Source: Podarcis melisellensis (Eukaryota). From it: 64,000 nt of DNA. The position numbers were made by a program, and so were the translations under genes. Positions 37,101-50,569 of this stretch are shown one piece after another. Each line of letters begins with the position of its first letter. The stretch's first letter is position 1. Location of the stretch: NCBI GenBank assembly GCA_964234715.1, contig OZ174278.1; one strand, 5' to 3'. The notes beneath the pieces are model-generated. The model had not been told where the DNA came from and made no database searches. It saw only the letters and a program-made list of their open reading frames with translations.

Positions 37101-40100
37101 TTGATAAGTTATTTCCAATAATAAATGCACATTACCCTGGTATATGCATTTTTGTACATACACTCTGGCTGGAGAATTGCTTTTAAAAAAATTGATTAAA
37201 GATTTTAATGAATTACCAAAGAACGTGCAATGTCTCTTTTTGTTTGTTTTTCAGATTATAAAGTATTTTGGTTACGTTCACTGTAAGATAATACGGTATC
37301 CAGAGGTAGGGGGAGAGTGTAGAGGGGAGAGGTTGGGTGATAAACTCACACAATATGCAAAATTCAGAGAAGTTCAAATTTTGAAGGATGGTTGTGTTTT
37401 GGTTTGCATATTGTTTTGCAAACTGCAAATTAGGTTGGTTCGCCTTTAAATGCAAACTGAATCAGTTTATCTCACCCAGCAGCATGGAGGCATAGGTGAG
37501 TTTTATCCCTCTTTTCCTGATTTCAGCTGCCCTTTTGGAGCTGTTACTACACATTTTAACAGGTAAAGAAGAAAAATAAAGAGGAGATACAATTACATGT
37601 ATCTTTCCTCTGCAGCTTTGATTGTAATATAACTTTTTGGGTTGCGTAAGTACAAATAAAATGGCTTAAAGACTGGAAAAGATCATCTAGCATTAATTTT
37701 TACTGCCCTGCTTAAAAAAAAATCATGGAGAAATCTGCAAAAGGCAGATTCCTAGATAGACATTTTTACAACTTTTCTTCCTTGGCTTCCTGATGCTAAG
37801 GAACCACTGTAAATGCCTCCCTAAAAAGTCCAAGTAAAGCCCAAATATATGTAGAAGGGGGAAATCTTCAGAATGAAATAATACACATGCTTTGAGCATT
37901 TGTATTCATTGTGATACTTTGCTCCCTGAATTTGAAGAATGTCACTGGGCGTCCCCATTTTAAATGTTTACAAATGAGCTGCCGAACAAATCTTCCAGTA
38001 AGATGTGGTTGAAACTTTATAGCACTGATCTTCCCTTTCCCATCATAGAGAAATGGTGGTATGTTGACCATCTGTTATACGAACCTGAGCTGGATGTGAA
38101 GTGCTTATTACACTAAAGACCCAATCCTGCTTTTATGCAGCCACTTTCTTTTAATGTAGGTGTGCCATAAAAACAGCCAGGTGGCCAGAAACTGAGGCAA
38201 GAGTTCCCTCTTAAAATTTGTTTAGGGGTGATGACATTTCACATGGTGCAGACTGAATTAAAATTAAGACAGGCCATTTATATTAAACGCTTTAGGTTCC
38301 ATAGAGGTTCTTTGGTATGGAATTCTCTCTTTGTAGTGATCCTAATGTGATCTACAGCTGTGCTGAGCCAGAGGGTCCACAGTGCAGCTGCATCACTTAG
38401 GATTCTTAAGCATTTCGACCAAAATAGTCATTGACTGAAATCTTTTTAGATGTTCAGCATCTCCTAAGCTTTGGGGTCCGTAATGACCTATCCGCAAACA
38501 GACACACCTAAAAATCCCAATAGAGAGAAATATTCTCCCTCTTTCTCTCTTTCTCTGTGAGAAGCAGTTTGCAATATAATGTGGGGCTTTCTATTCAAGG
38601 CATAAAATCCAAAAGGAGAAAAAGAAAAAGGAAATCCTCACTTGGTGTGCTCAAGCAAGAAAAGCTACTCAAAGTGACACAACCAGCAGCAGTCAACAGA
38701 TTTCATGAAGATTCCTCTTTATATATCCTGATAGGCAAACTGATTATAAGCCATAACATGATGGAAGGATGGGATTTGTATTTTTCAGGAGAAATTAGAA
38801 TGTGGGAGAAAGTGCTTAACTCCTTCCCCAACCTGTACATTCACCTATAAGTGCCTCCCCTCTCATTTTTCAAATATATTTTCCCCAGTCAGTTGCTAAA
38901 ACTAAAGACAACCTGGTTGGACAAAAGAGGGGTGGTGTTGGAGATGGGGGAATAGCAGAAGAATCCATGTTCACAGATAGGGCCAAGTTTCCTGCTCAAC
39001 CTGCAAATATTCCCTGTGCTATCACCACATTCTTTGGTATTTCGCCAATACCAAGATAACATCCACTTTGGCCCTAAGAATGGCCATGTTGGCAGCATCT
39101 TGTCAAGCCAGTCTGGAAGAAGGGTGCGTGCCTCTAGAATGCAACTCTCAAAAGCAGAAATCTGTGCAGAATTTTGGATGACCATGTATTTTTTAGCTCC
39201 TTCAGCTTGGATGGAATCCTAACATTGTGTGTGATGTTTCCAAGTTATTTAAAGATTTTTATACACAAAACAGCATTTTAATGAAAGACTTATTGGTCGA
39301 ACAAGTAGTCCAAAGAGAAGTAGAAGTAATAATGAATGCCTGTAATTAAGCAGAGGCTCTAAACATTAAGACTAAGCAGCTCATGTAAATGATTGTATCA
39401 GTAGAAGAAATTTGACTGACATGTTGATGACGCAAGAAATTCCTATTTTGGGGGAAAAGCTGAGAAAGTTCAGGGAAAATAACTCAGGGTTACATAAACA
39501 AAACTAGGCTGTGGGATTCTGAGTTGAATTAAATTTTAAAAAGTCACCTGAAAGCAGAAAACATAACTATTACCCTTTTCTAATAATATTTATCAAAATC
39601 ATTGAAATTAGAGGAATGAGGCAAGGGTGTCTTTTGTCTTCACTACTTTTTATGTCTTCAACTTAAATTTTGGCTGTATGTGTACAATCAAGTCATGATA
39701 TCCATGGTATTTGCACAGTTAATGATATAAAATGCAGGTGATGCTATCTCATGAACCCACAAAATGCAATCTTTTACACAAATTGTTAAATTGATTCTAA
39801 ATATTATTGAGGTTTTTGGATGCAGATTAACTGTACATAGATATGAAATAATAGGCATAAATACTTCCACTTATCTTTCCAATGTGGTCACAAATATTAG
39901 TCCATTACTTGGGAACAACAAGAAGGTAAGATATTGCAAATACTGGTATATTTGGTGTCTTATTCAAAGGAGTGTTTTTTTGAAAAGAAATACCAGACTT
40001 CTCTGTAAGAAGTCATCAAAACATTTTTGAAATACGGTCATATCTGGCTGAATGATGACTTGGGAGATTAGCATCATATTGTTAAAATGTATCTTTTGTC

Positions 40101-43100
40101 TGTATTGCTTATTTTTGTTCCTTTCCCTTTCGATAGCAGTTTCAACTCAACTTTTGAGTGGCGTGCAAGCCAAATTTCAACCATTTATATGGGAGAAAGG
40201 CCTGCTAGGATAAAAATTGCAGGAGTTTCCTGTTAAAGGTTGTCTTGCAGCACCAAACAATAAATACTACCATGCATTCCAACTAGTTGCCTTAACTAAT
40301 CTTGAACTATATCTGTTGGATTTTAGCTGGCATTATCTGCCTTATGCTGTCAGGAAATGAAATGTGGATCACTTTGTGTACACCAATAACCTATAGCTTG
40401 TTTGTTTTTGTGCGTAAGGAAAATACATGGGTTATTCGTCATTAAGTCTTATTGTGCAAATATTAAAAAGTGAAAGGGCTGCTATACGGAATATATAAAA
40501 TAATCTGATGAATTTGGTACTCCTTATGTTTTTGCTCTGAATGAGGCATCTGCTAATGGAAGAAGAGGCCCCAACACTCCCTGGAAAATCTGTTCTGGAG
40601 GAGGAAGGGAATCAGCCGAAATTTCATCCCTCTTCTTCCATTAGCTGATACCTCTTGCTAGACTGAATGCCCTTGATCAATTAGTCGCCATTCAATAAAG
40701 CATTATTATGTAAGACAGGATATTGTGCTTCAGTTAATGATATATTAAAATATATTAAAAACACATTAATTACATGCTGGACAGAAAATCATATTTCCCA
40801 ATTTAAATTGCGAGATGTAATCCAGGTTTTCTGTGTATTAAGTGCAGTGTGTTTAAAATTTGACAACTAAGAGAAAGTGTTTGACAGTATTCAGTTAATT
40901 TATTGAATCCTGCCCCCCGAAATAGTAATATAGGATGTGCTAAAATATCATGTTAATAAGAGCCATCATGCTTCCATAGCAAAGATTCTTTGTAATGTTA
41001 AAATACCAGGGGCAAAAAAGAGAATAAAATATATTCTCAGATAATTAGGGTGATTTGGGATTTCCTGCTTATTTATAACTTTCATGTCTGTAGCCTTCAA
41101 ATTAGACGAGTAAGGCAATCATTGAAATATTTTTTAAAAAAAATTAAGGCAAGTAACAAATTAGAAAATGCATAAACATGTCTAATAATATAACAATAAA
41201 ATCTTTATTAATATAGTATATTAATATCATATCTTCCTTTATTAATTTAGTATATTACTGTTGCTTTCAAAAACTTGAGGACTGTTTTATGGATATGTAA
41301 GAGTGTAGTAATAGCGTCAATACCACTACCAGTAATATTGGTAGTAAGAATAGAAATGGTTAAAACAAAGTGTGTCGTTTACTATGGATGTGCTCGGGCT
41401 CTAACATTCACCTTGTATCTTTCTGTGAGTTTATAAAAATTATGATCTATTTCTGAGTTGCTGTGTACCCTTGTCCACTTCAATCTGTGTTACAAGTCAT
41501 TCTGTGTAAAATGAACCTTTGTGTTCTCCATGGACTATATAATCAAGAATTTAAAAATGGCTACAATTTTAAGCTCTTTTCACTGAAGTGGATGAATTTT
41601 TTTTCAGGCACAGGAGGCTCTCCAGAGTAGATTAAGCCTGCCAAATTGCAGACAAATAAATAAAAGGGATTTTTGTTGGAGAGGGGGGGAAAGCATTGAC
41701 TTTCCAACATAGTCCTTTATGAAGGGGAAGTGGTAAAATAATTAAAAGGTAACTGAGTGGTGTGTATTCTTGCTAAAGAACTGCAGCTTCATACTGACTT
41801 TTGTTCATGGTGTTAGTTTGTGTTCTCCAGTAGGGTTTGCCAATCTCCTGATAGGCCCTTACAGATCTCTGATAGGCCCTAAGACCTAAGTTATCTGAAA
41901 GGAACATTTTTTGGTGTTGTTAAAGCAGAGCAACATAGGATTTAAAAAAACAAACAAACATGTAATGACTTTTTTGGTAAAACAACAACCAAACAAAAAC
42001 ACCCCACACCTCCATTGATGTGCTCTAACAAGCAAAATAATCCAAATCTCTTTGGTGTGCCACATATAACATTTTAGACAGTCTCACTTTTTGCAAAGCC
42101 CTTAGATGGAGGAACAAGGATACTATATAAGAAAACAGAACTGGGTAGATCACAGAAAGGCAGAAAAACAAAGTTCCCAGGTAACACAGAGTTTAGAGGG
42201 GAGTGCCCCAGTCCAAACCGGGGTGGGGTGGGAAAGGTTTATTGACATCATGCTTCATTTCAGAGGAGGGGCAATCCCCAAATCACCCCAATTTGCAGCA
42301 TTAATTGGCTGCTCCTCCCTACTATTCACAAAACTCCTGCCTCTTCTGTAATAGGCACCGGCTTCAAAAACTCAAATATTTTCTTAAATTTAATTGATTC
42401 TCATTCTGCATGTTATTAATGCACTCACCTATGCAAATAAGAATCCCACAGCTTTGGAACCAAGGCAGCTTTATAATAAGCTTTATAATTAAATTCCATT
42501 ATTTAAAAGTCCAAGACAAAATATTGCTTAGATGTTAATGTTTTACTCAGAATGCAGAGCATTGGGTTAAATCCTTCTGAAATGGTATTCAAAATGTTGG
42601 AGAGGTGCTTATCTGCTGAAATCTTCCAATTAAAACTACCAATTAAAATACATGAGATCCATTTTTTTTTAAAAAGTGGTGACCTAAATAAATTATTGCT
42701 GCGGCTGTATTACATTTTTTCCCCCAACTAGAGATCACTATGTAATTAGAGCATTGGATTGCAGTATCTTTTTTAAAAATATGGGAGCAATAGCAACAAA
42801 AAATAAATACTGGCAAAGATTTCACTTCATGTTTTTCAACTGAGAGACTGTTTTGTGGTACTTGTTATCTTTCCTGAATGGGGTCATGGAGCTTTGCTGT
42901 AGGTTTTCCATCCTCTTTGCACTTTGATACTTTGAGGTAAGTCTCCCCACTCCCCAACCAGCACATTTAGCATTTCACAAATCTAAATATGCCCTTGCTG
43001 CATAAATTGCAAATCTGTATATAATCATCCAAGGATAGCAACAGGGGATGGGGCTCAGGAATCTCAGCAAGTTCTCGTTTACTTTGGTCTGTTGTCCACC

Positions 43101-44315
43101 CCATGCCTAGGCTTTGAATCCTTGTCTAAAATACTGAAGACTTTTGCATCATCAGTTCTCCTCTCATTGGCTGGCTGCATAAATGGCTCAGGGCACAGGA
43201 CCAATCACCCCTTCTGGAATGTGACCTCTGAGTGAAGCACAGTTAAAACACCCCACCCTTTCCCTATTTCTAGACACTCCCCATGAAGGCTTGGTAGCTC
43301 TCTTTTGATGGTCCTTTGGCTCCCAAGCCTCCCCAACAAAACAGCTTCCCACTGCGTCCACTCTTTCATTAGAAGCAAACAATTTCCCAGAAACCCATGA
43401 ATATAACATGAATATAACATTTTTTGAAAGAATTACTGCTAGCCATATGCTTTCAGCCGAGACAACACTTTGTAAGTCACATGGAATATTTAAAAGGTTC
43501 CTCTGTGTTTCTAGAATGCCAGTCATCCAAACATTTAACAAAACAAGACAGTTTCAAAGCATTATCTTTTGATAGTGCTATATGGACTGCAGCATAATTT
43601 TTTGACTTAATATTGTGGGGTGCTTTTGATATGTATTCTATTGATTTAATAGGTACCTGACACCCCTAGTTTCTTTCAAGCTTCTGTACAGCCATGGAAA
43701 CAGAAAGCGTGTGTTCAAGACCACAGCTCAGATGCCACCTCACATCCTGGGCTTCTTCTTGAGATAGCAGTTTGGGAAGAGCAGGTTTTTTTAAAAAAAT
43801 TCAACATGGTCAAATTAGTCTAGAAATAGGGGGTTTCCAAAAATTAATACAAAATTCTGTTGCGTTTCTCGTTTGAGCAAAATTTGCCTAGACCACTGAG
43901 GAGCTTCCCCGTGCAGATACTTCTAATGAGCTACAGGTGTGGCATGAGGCAAATGGCAAGGAAGAGTGATTATATTAGCAGAAATATTCTAAATTATTTG
44001 AAGGGGATGGGAAGGGGGAGAGGAGCTTTCAGTAGTTTCCAACATAGTTAATGAAAGAATGTACGCGTTTTAGAAGTTAGGCTAGGCTTTCTGAGTAGAA
44101 GGCTTTTTTTTTTTAGAAGCTCAGCAGTGAATAATGAAACAGATTGTCCCTTCAAAGAACATGATACAAAAGGTACATTTTTTTTTTGAAAAAAATCATT
44201 TTTGCAGGTAGAGAGCATAGATATTTCGTCGTATTAGCTAGCTTCAATGAAACCACAATTTAACAATCCTTTCCCACCCATGTGTCTCCCCTTGAACCCA
44301 ATTCTATATTTCTAG

Positions 44316-44400
44316 AGCTCTCAGCACAGTGGCTCCTCTACCTCACTAGCATCTACCAAAGTCTGCAGCTCCATGGATGAAAATGATGGACCTGGTGAAG
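44316..44400 (+). CDS. DCLK1: DCLK1 coding exon, 85 bp, phase 0-1
   Basis: Acceptor tatatttctag|AGCTCT, donor GGTGAAG|gtaatg; encodes [28 protein letters not shown]. Confidence 0.96.
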
Positions 44401-44404
44401 GTAA

Positions 44405-44443
44405 TGTGTTTGTGTGTGTGTGTGTGTTTGTGTGTCTGTGTGT
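44405..44443. repeat. Imperfect (GT)n immediately after a splice donor
   Basis: tgtgtttgtgtgtgtgtgtgtgtttgtgtgtctgtgtgt. Confidence 0.9.
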
Positions 44444-44546
44444 TAATATGCCACACCAGCACACAAAATATGCCTCCCATCTTACAGTCATTGTCAGCAT
44501 TTTATACTAGCTGATTACTTTGTTTTATCAGTTATTTTGTTACTTA

Positions 44547-45029
44547 AAGGTAAAGGGACCCCTGACCTTTAGGTCCAGTCGTGGCCAACTCTGGGTTTGC
44601 GGCGCTCATCTCGCTTTATTGGCCAAGGGAGCCCGCATACAGCTTCCAGGTCAAGTGGCCAGCATGACTAAGCTGCTTCTGGCGAACCAGAGCAGCGCAC
44701 GGAAACGCCGTTTACCTTCCTTCCGGAGCAGTACCTATTTATCTACTTGTACTTTGATGTGCTTTCGAACTGCTAGGTGGGCAGGAGCTGGGACTGAGCA
44801 TAGAATCATAGAGTTGGAAGAGACCCCAAGGGCCATCGAGTCCAACCCCCTGCCAAACAGGAAACACCATCAGAACACTCCTGACATATGGTTGTCAAGC
44901 CTCTGCTTAATAGAATCATGGAATCATAGAGCAACGGGAGCTCACCCCGTCACAGGGATTCAAACTGCTGACCTTCTGATTGGCAAGCCCTAGGCTATGT
45001 GGTTTAACCCACAGCGCCACCCACATCCC
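44547..45029 (-). mobile_element. Sauria SINE interrupted by a nested CR1 3' fragment
   Basis: Perfect 15-bp TSD ttattttgttactta at 44532-44546 and 45030-45044; the SINE body breaks at 44800 and resumes at 44929. Confidence 0.9.
44801..44928 (-). mobile_element. CR1 3' end nested in a Sauria SINE
   Basis: tagaatcatagagttggaagagaccccaagggccatcgagtccaaccccctgcc...; gagca is duplicated at 44796-44800 and 44929-44933. Confidence 0.75.
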
Positions 45030-45452
45030 TTATTTTGTTACTTATTGTAAATTTATTATGGATAAAACACATGCATCAAAGTTGTAAGTTGTAAGCCAAA
45101 ATAGAAAAGGGAATGTTTGCTATGCAAGCTGGTCACACTTTCATTCAGGGCCAGTGTCAGCCCTCAGCATCCTTGAGCAGCTGCTGGTGCCCAGCTCCCT
45201 GGCAAAGCCCATTGCTGATGCCTGCCCTGCACTCCCTTTTATGTTTAGCCGCCTTTTCCATTTCCCATAATGTCCCTGATGTAGTGTTGCTCTGAGGCGT
45301 TGTGATAACTTAAAATGGCCACCAGTGCCAGGTAAACTCACCAAGGTCCATTGCTGGAGGAGGGGACTCACAAACAGGCACTGCCAAGGGCTGCTTCAAA
45401 CCTGGAATCAGCTCTGCTGTCATTGCTTTAAGATGCATATATTTAAGTGCTT

Positions 45453-45465
45453 TTCCTTCCTTCCT

Positions 45466-45540
<75 letters not shown>
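45453..45540. repeat. (TTCC)n(TTTC)n microsatellite
   Basis: Seen directly. Confidence 0.95.
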
Positions 45541-46305
45541 GGTAGTTGCTAGAAACTGAAGTGGTAGTATTTGAAATACGTAACTATTGCCAGTATTTAA
45601 CTGGTCCAAACACTTTACATGTAAGTGAAGGTTTATGGCTCTAGCTTTTTAAAACGTTATTAGACACTTGCAAACTGTGCTTTTGAGTACTGTTTGAAGA
45701 GTAATGGCACTCTAATGGCTACTAAAATACAATAACTAGAAAACCCTTTCCTTCACTGTTTTGACTTACTGTGATTTTAAAGCATCTGGTGCCCAGGTTG
45801 TATATGTTGGTGACATTATTGAGAACACTTATTTTAAAACTAAATATTTAATACAGAGGAGAAAATAGCACTTATCACATGAGTGAGTTTATGGCGGTCT
45901 CCGATTACAGGATGTAATAAAAGAAGTGCTCGAGTGTTAGACTTCTTTTGTAGATAGATTTAATTGTGATGTGTTGAACTAATGCAGTCTCCACCTGAGA
46001 TTGAACTATTTTTGAGCAGATCACTGAAACATCTGTTTTGTATAATTTTTTTAAAAAGGTTCATACATGCCAGAGAATTGTTTGTAAATGTGTAAAACTG
46101 GGTCTGGTGCCTACAAGTTTTCATACTTAGCCTGGTGAAACGTGTTGAGTGTATGCAATATCAATGGCACGGTTTCTCTGATGAGCAAATGAGAATGCTG
46201 ATTCTGAATGGTTTCCAGTTGTCTTAAACCATAAGGTAAAATATGTATTATGTGTCATATCTGTGTTACCTTCTCTACCAATAAAAATGTACTGATTCTT
46301 TTCAG

Positions 46306-46414
46306 AAGTGTTGGAAGAAGGCTTCCAGGTTCCAGCCTCTATAGCAGAGAGATATAAAGTTGGCCGGACTATAGGAGATGGAAATTTTGCCATTGTAAAG
46401 GAGTGTATAGAAAG
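46306..46414 (+). CDS. DCLK1: DCLK1 coding exon, start of kinase domain (Gly-rich loop), 109 bp, phase 1-2
   Basis: Acceptor ttcttttcag|AAGTG, donor GAAAG|gtgaga; encodes (E)[35 protein letters not shown](R). Confidence 0.96.
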
Positions 46415-47235
46415 GTGAGAAAGATTTCCTACCTATTACTGTTAAAGCACTCACTAATGTCAGGCTTCTCTTCGATCACATCTTCATTTCCAGCACATAT
46501 GGAACAAAGGAATGTCTCAGATCCATGTGTACACAATGGGAAAATTACGCCAGCTATGCCTGGAAATAAGTGTTTTGCAGGCACAATCTATAAATTTAAT
46601 ACTTTGATTTATCCCATCCCTGCGGCTTTTTCCTTGACTGTGCTCAACACACTCCTTCTAGGAGATTGTGAAACTTTTCCCATTGTACTAAAATAACACA
46701 TTAGAAATCATTTCCTTTGCAATTGGAAAACAAATGCCTGCATTTCTCTTCTGACAACTCAGGTGAGAGTTTTTCATTATTTAGATCTGGAGCCACAGGC
46801 CTCAATTCTTCTTTCCGGCCAAAACCTAAAAGAGTGTTCTGTGCACATATCACAAAAACTTATGATACTTCCTTTTTTTGTACATCTAGCCCAGCACTGT
46901 TGACTCTGCCTGGTGGCCACTTTGTAGGATAGCAGTATCCAGTTCCACATTCATTGTACACGAATGCCTATGAAGGAGGCCCACAGAAATTCATAGGGGA
47001 AGCAGGCAATGCCCAGTTGAAGCAGAAAGGATGGGAACAGGACCGTGGACAGCTCCCATAGGCATCACTAAGGCAGCTGCAGAAGAGGAACTCAAGGCAA
47101 CATACATGATAAACCCTCCCATTTTTATCCTCACAATGGTCCTGTAAGGTAGACTGAGAGCAAGTGACTGACCCAAGGTCACCCAGTGAGCTTCATGGAG
47201 GAGATTGATCTTGATTCATCATAGTCCTAGCCCAG

Positions 47236-47262
47236 CTTCTTCTTCTTCTTCTTCTTCTTCTT

Positions 47263-47293
<31 letters not shown>

Positions 47294-47745
47294 TCACTCG
47301 TAGCCAAGTAATATTGTCTTCCATAAACACGGTTTTAACAATGAGTCCATAAGTGACTGTGGAGGCCAATTCTGGATCCACACGTCCTTCCACAGTGGGG
47401 ACATTGGTTTCTGGGCAGGAGCTGATCACAGTGTGGATTTGCCAGGTGTGCCTTCCTCTTAGCACATTTCTCCCTTGCGTCCTGAGTTCAAGTGTCTTCA
47501 AAGCCCATGACACCTTTGGTAAAGGCTGTTCTCCAACTGGAGCACTTGCAGGCAAGTGTTTCCCAATTGTTGGTGTTTATACTACATTTTTTAGGTTTGC
47601 CTTGAGAGTGTCTTTAAACCTCTTTTGTTGACCACCAGCATTACGCTTTCCATTTTTAAGTTCGGAATAGAGTAGTTGCTTTGGAAGATGTTAATCATGC
47701 ATCCTCACAACATGACCAGTCCAACGAAGTTGATGTTGAATAATC
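47236..47745 (-). mobile_element. RTE-clade LINE 3' fragment (not Bov-B) with C-terminal zinc finger and (GAA)n tail
   Basis: Minus strand translates as QHQLRWTGHVVRM...LPKQLLYSELKNGKRNAGGQQKRFKDTLKANLKKC...NQCPHCGRTCGSRIGLHSHLWTHC*, with internal stops; (CTT)n at 47236-47292. Confidence 0.82.
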
Positions 47746-49361
47746 ACAGTAATCAATAGGTTGAAGATACACAAAGGATGTACACTGGAAAATCTCTTTT
47801 GGGGGCAGATTTTAAAAAGATTCTCAATTTATTTCTTTTGTAAAACCTTCGTTTGTATTTTGTTAATCTGCATTTAGTTAATTTGATTTTAAAATTATAA
47901 AAGCTGGAGAAAGCCCCAGCAAAGGTTTTTAGCATAAGGTGGGTTTTGTCTTGCCACCAGGCATTTTTTAAGAGGACAGCATTCCTTTCCTCTTATGCAA
48001 GTCAATAGAGACTACAGATTGCAATGCAAAACTTTGGGTTCAAGCAAGATAATTCCAAATGAAAAAGAGAGAAACTTTATTTGAAATCGTTAAATCTGAT
48101 TTAAATACAATCAGGGCTCTTTTGTATTTATTTTTTTCTTTCCGATTAAACAAATACCTATGCCTGATTTGGAGAAAAGTCTCTTTGTTTTTTGTCATGC
48201 ACCTGCTCTGAAATGCAAAATTGTGTGTTTTGTGCTTTGGTAAAAAGCAACCATGCTTGGAATCTCTTAGGTTAGTTTAGTAATAAATATTATAAGGCCT
48301 AGAGTCAAATATTTGTGGTGAGGGACGTAAGAGGGAATGGAATCATAGAAGAATTGGCAGTACATAAATTCAGATAGCATAATATTTTTAAAGGTATTTA
48401 ACTATATTCCTGCTTAGTGAGCATGTAATACTGCTTGCCTCTTATTTCTTATAGCTAGAGTCTTTTTTTTAAAAAAAAAAGGAAAAGGGAAGCTAACTTA
48501 TTCAGGGAACTTTATCTGTTTTTTACAACCTTGATATTGCTGTAGTCTTTCTTGTATTTTTCACTGTAAATGGTACACAAGTTGTGCTTTATTTATTGAA
48601 TATCTGATTCTGTGAGGTGTTCCTAGCATTTCCTAGGTTTTCCATCACTGTTGGTGATAAAACATGTTAAGCTAAAAGTTTATAACTCTCAGTATTATTA
48701 TTATTATTCTATTCTGTTGTAAAAGGTGAGTCAAACCTAAAAGCAGTCAAGCTGTCGCAAGCTTGTTGGATTGATCACATATAAATTCGCTTCATAATAA
48801 GAGCTAATCTTTCCAGCATGTAGTTAAGTTATGCTCAGCCAAGCTCAATAAGTTGTTTTTTGTGTGAACGGGGGGCAACCACAGTGTTTGGTTCATAGGC
48901 CTTAAATGTTTCTTGAAGCAATAAAGCCTTTATCGTATATTTATGTGAAACTCTTCAGAATAAGTTTGTGCATATAAAGATGGCTTATTGATGCTTCTTT
49001 ATTTCTCGTAGCTCTGCTAAGAAGCCCTCTAGTGGGGAAAACTGAAGGATGGCTAATTACACACACATGAGCCATTTTCTAACAGCTTCAGTTTTTGAAC
49101 AACCTGAATAGGGCAAAGTACATCTGTTCGTTTGTTGCCAAGCCTTCACTTTAAATCTATAATTTCATCTTTGAGGTTTTCAACTTTGAAGTTTTCATTT
49201 CACTCCTGTTAGATGGCAGAATACTGTATGTTTCTTATTCAATTAAACCGTTCTGCTTCACCTTGTCAAACCTAAAGGTGGCTTCTAACAGCAATCAAAT
49301 GGTAGCTTTATAACATTCGCTCATCATATTTCCCTTTTTGGGTTGCTTTGCAAGCTTAATA

Positions 49362-49405
49362 GTTTGTTTGTTTGTTTGTTTGTTTGTTTGTTTGTTTGTT
49401 TGTTT
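49362..49405. repeat. (GTTT)n microsatellite
   Basis: About 11 units seen directly. Confidence 0.95.
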
Positions 49406-50569
49406 ATGTGGAAATTTTGGCCTTGCCCTTCTAGTGCCTTAAAGCAGTTTAAAAATCTCACTAATGTATGAAACAATAAATTCAATGAAAGTCAACTGAT
49501 AATAAATAAAACATTGGGTACTGAGGTGGGGGGAAAACCTGCTGGATTAAAAGGACAGTGTCCAATTAAATAGGCTCACTAGTGCAAGAACTTCTCCTCC
49601 CCCCATCTTCTCCCTGCATGCCTCCTAAATCTGTTCTAGACGTTCCCCCAACCCTCAGGAACAGATTTGGGGAGGCCACGGCAGGCAGACAGGGAGTAGA
49701 GAGGGAGGAGAATTTCCCTGGCGCCCATTATGTCCTCACCAATCAGCTAAGGCAGACAGGGAGAGAGGGCACCACACATGTCCCATGGAGACAGAGAGGG
49801 AGCTTGACCACAAGCCCTGGTTTGGAAGACACACTAAGCCAAACTTTAGCTTCACTTCTGAGTAGCAACAGCAGGATTTAGGAGGAACAAATTAGAAATC
49901 AGAGACTGGGAATTGCTTTCTGGCAGCCTGCTAGGCCAACTTTGGGCTTCTCGTGTGGCGTTAACTGGGCTGCAGTGCTGGTGTCACCATCAGTCAAACG
50001 TCAACTGCAGGTGGTACTCTGGAAAGGCAGGTCTGAAGGAATGGTGAATAGTGTAAGCCCCCTATATGAGCTTCTGTATTTGTGCTGTATAAAACCATTT
50101 TTGTTAAATCTAAAAAGCACCATATGGCTGTTACTTCAAAATAATATGACTACATCGTTTATCATTCTTTACATGCTGTCTCTATAATCTGTCTCTGCTA
50201 ATATTAATAATCTGTCCTATTCATCTGCCCTTTTGCAGCAAAACAAAACATGAGAATGTAAACTCTACATTCAGGGGGATACTTGGTTTCCCACGTATGG
50301 GAATACATTGCTTTCATAAAGGATACTTGGCATCCATCTGTCTCGGGAGACGGTGAAGGAGTGTGCATTTGGGGGTGAAGCAAAACTGTTGGAAGCTTGC
50401 AGCATATCTGTGGCTATAGAGACCATTGTGGGAGAGCCAAAGAATCATAGAATTGGCATCTGGTTGTGCTGCTGCAGATGCACCACCGCATTTCATTTCT
50501 CTGCATGCCTCCCAGTGGTCATTCCTTCTTTGCTCACTGCTCCATATGCATATGTGTCTCATGCATTTT

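Noticed and set aside
46280-46285. AATAAA 20 nt before the kinase exon acceptor as an intronic poly(A) signal
   Set aside because: Cleavage would fall at the exon start and no clear GU-rich downstream element is seen; the hexamer is common here.
47193-47555. ORF with a poly-Arg run; also the KKER ORF at 45310 and poly-Met ORF at 10897
   Set aside because: These are translations of (CTT)n, (TTTC)n and (CAT)n microsatellites.
49731-50154. Solo-LTR-like segment (TG...CA)
   Set aside because: No TSD or second LTR, and only a short terminal similarity to the 27390 end; cannot be supported without a repeat library.
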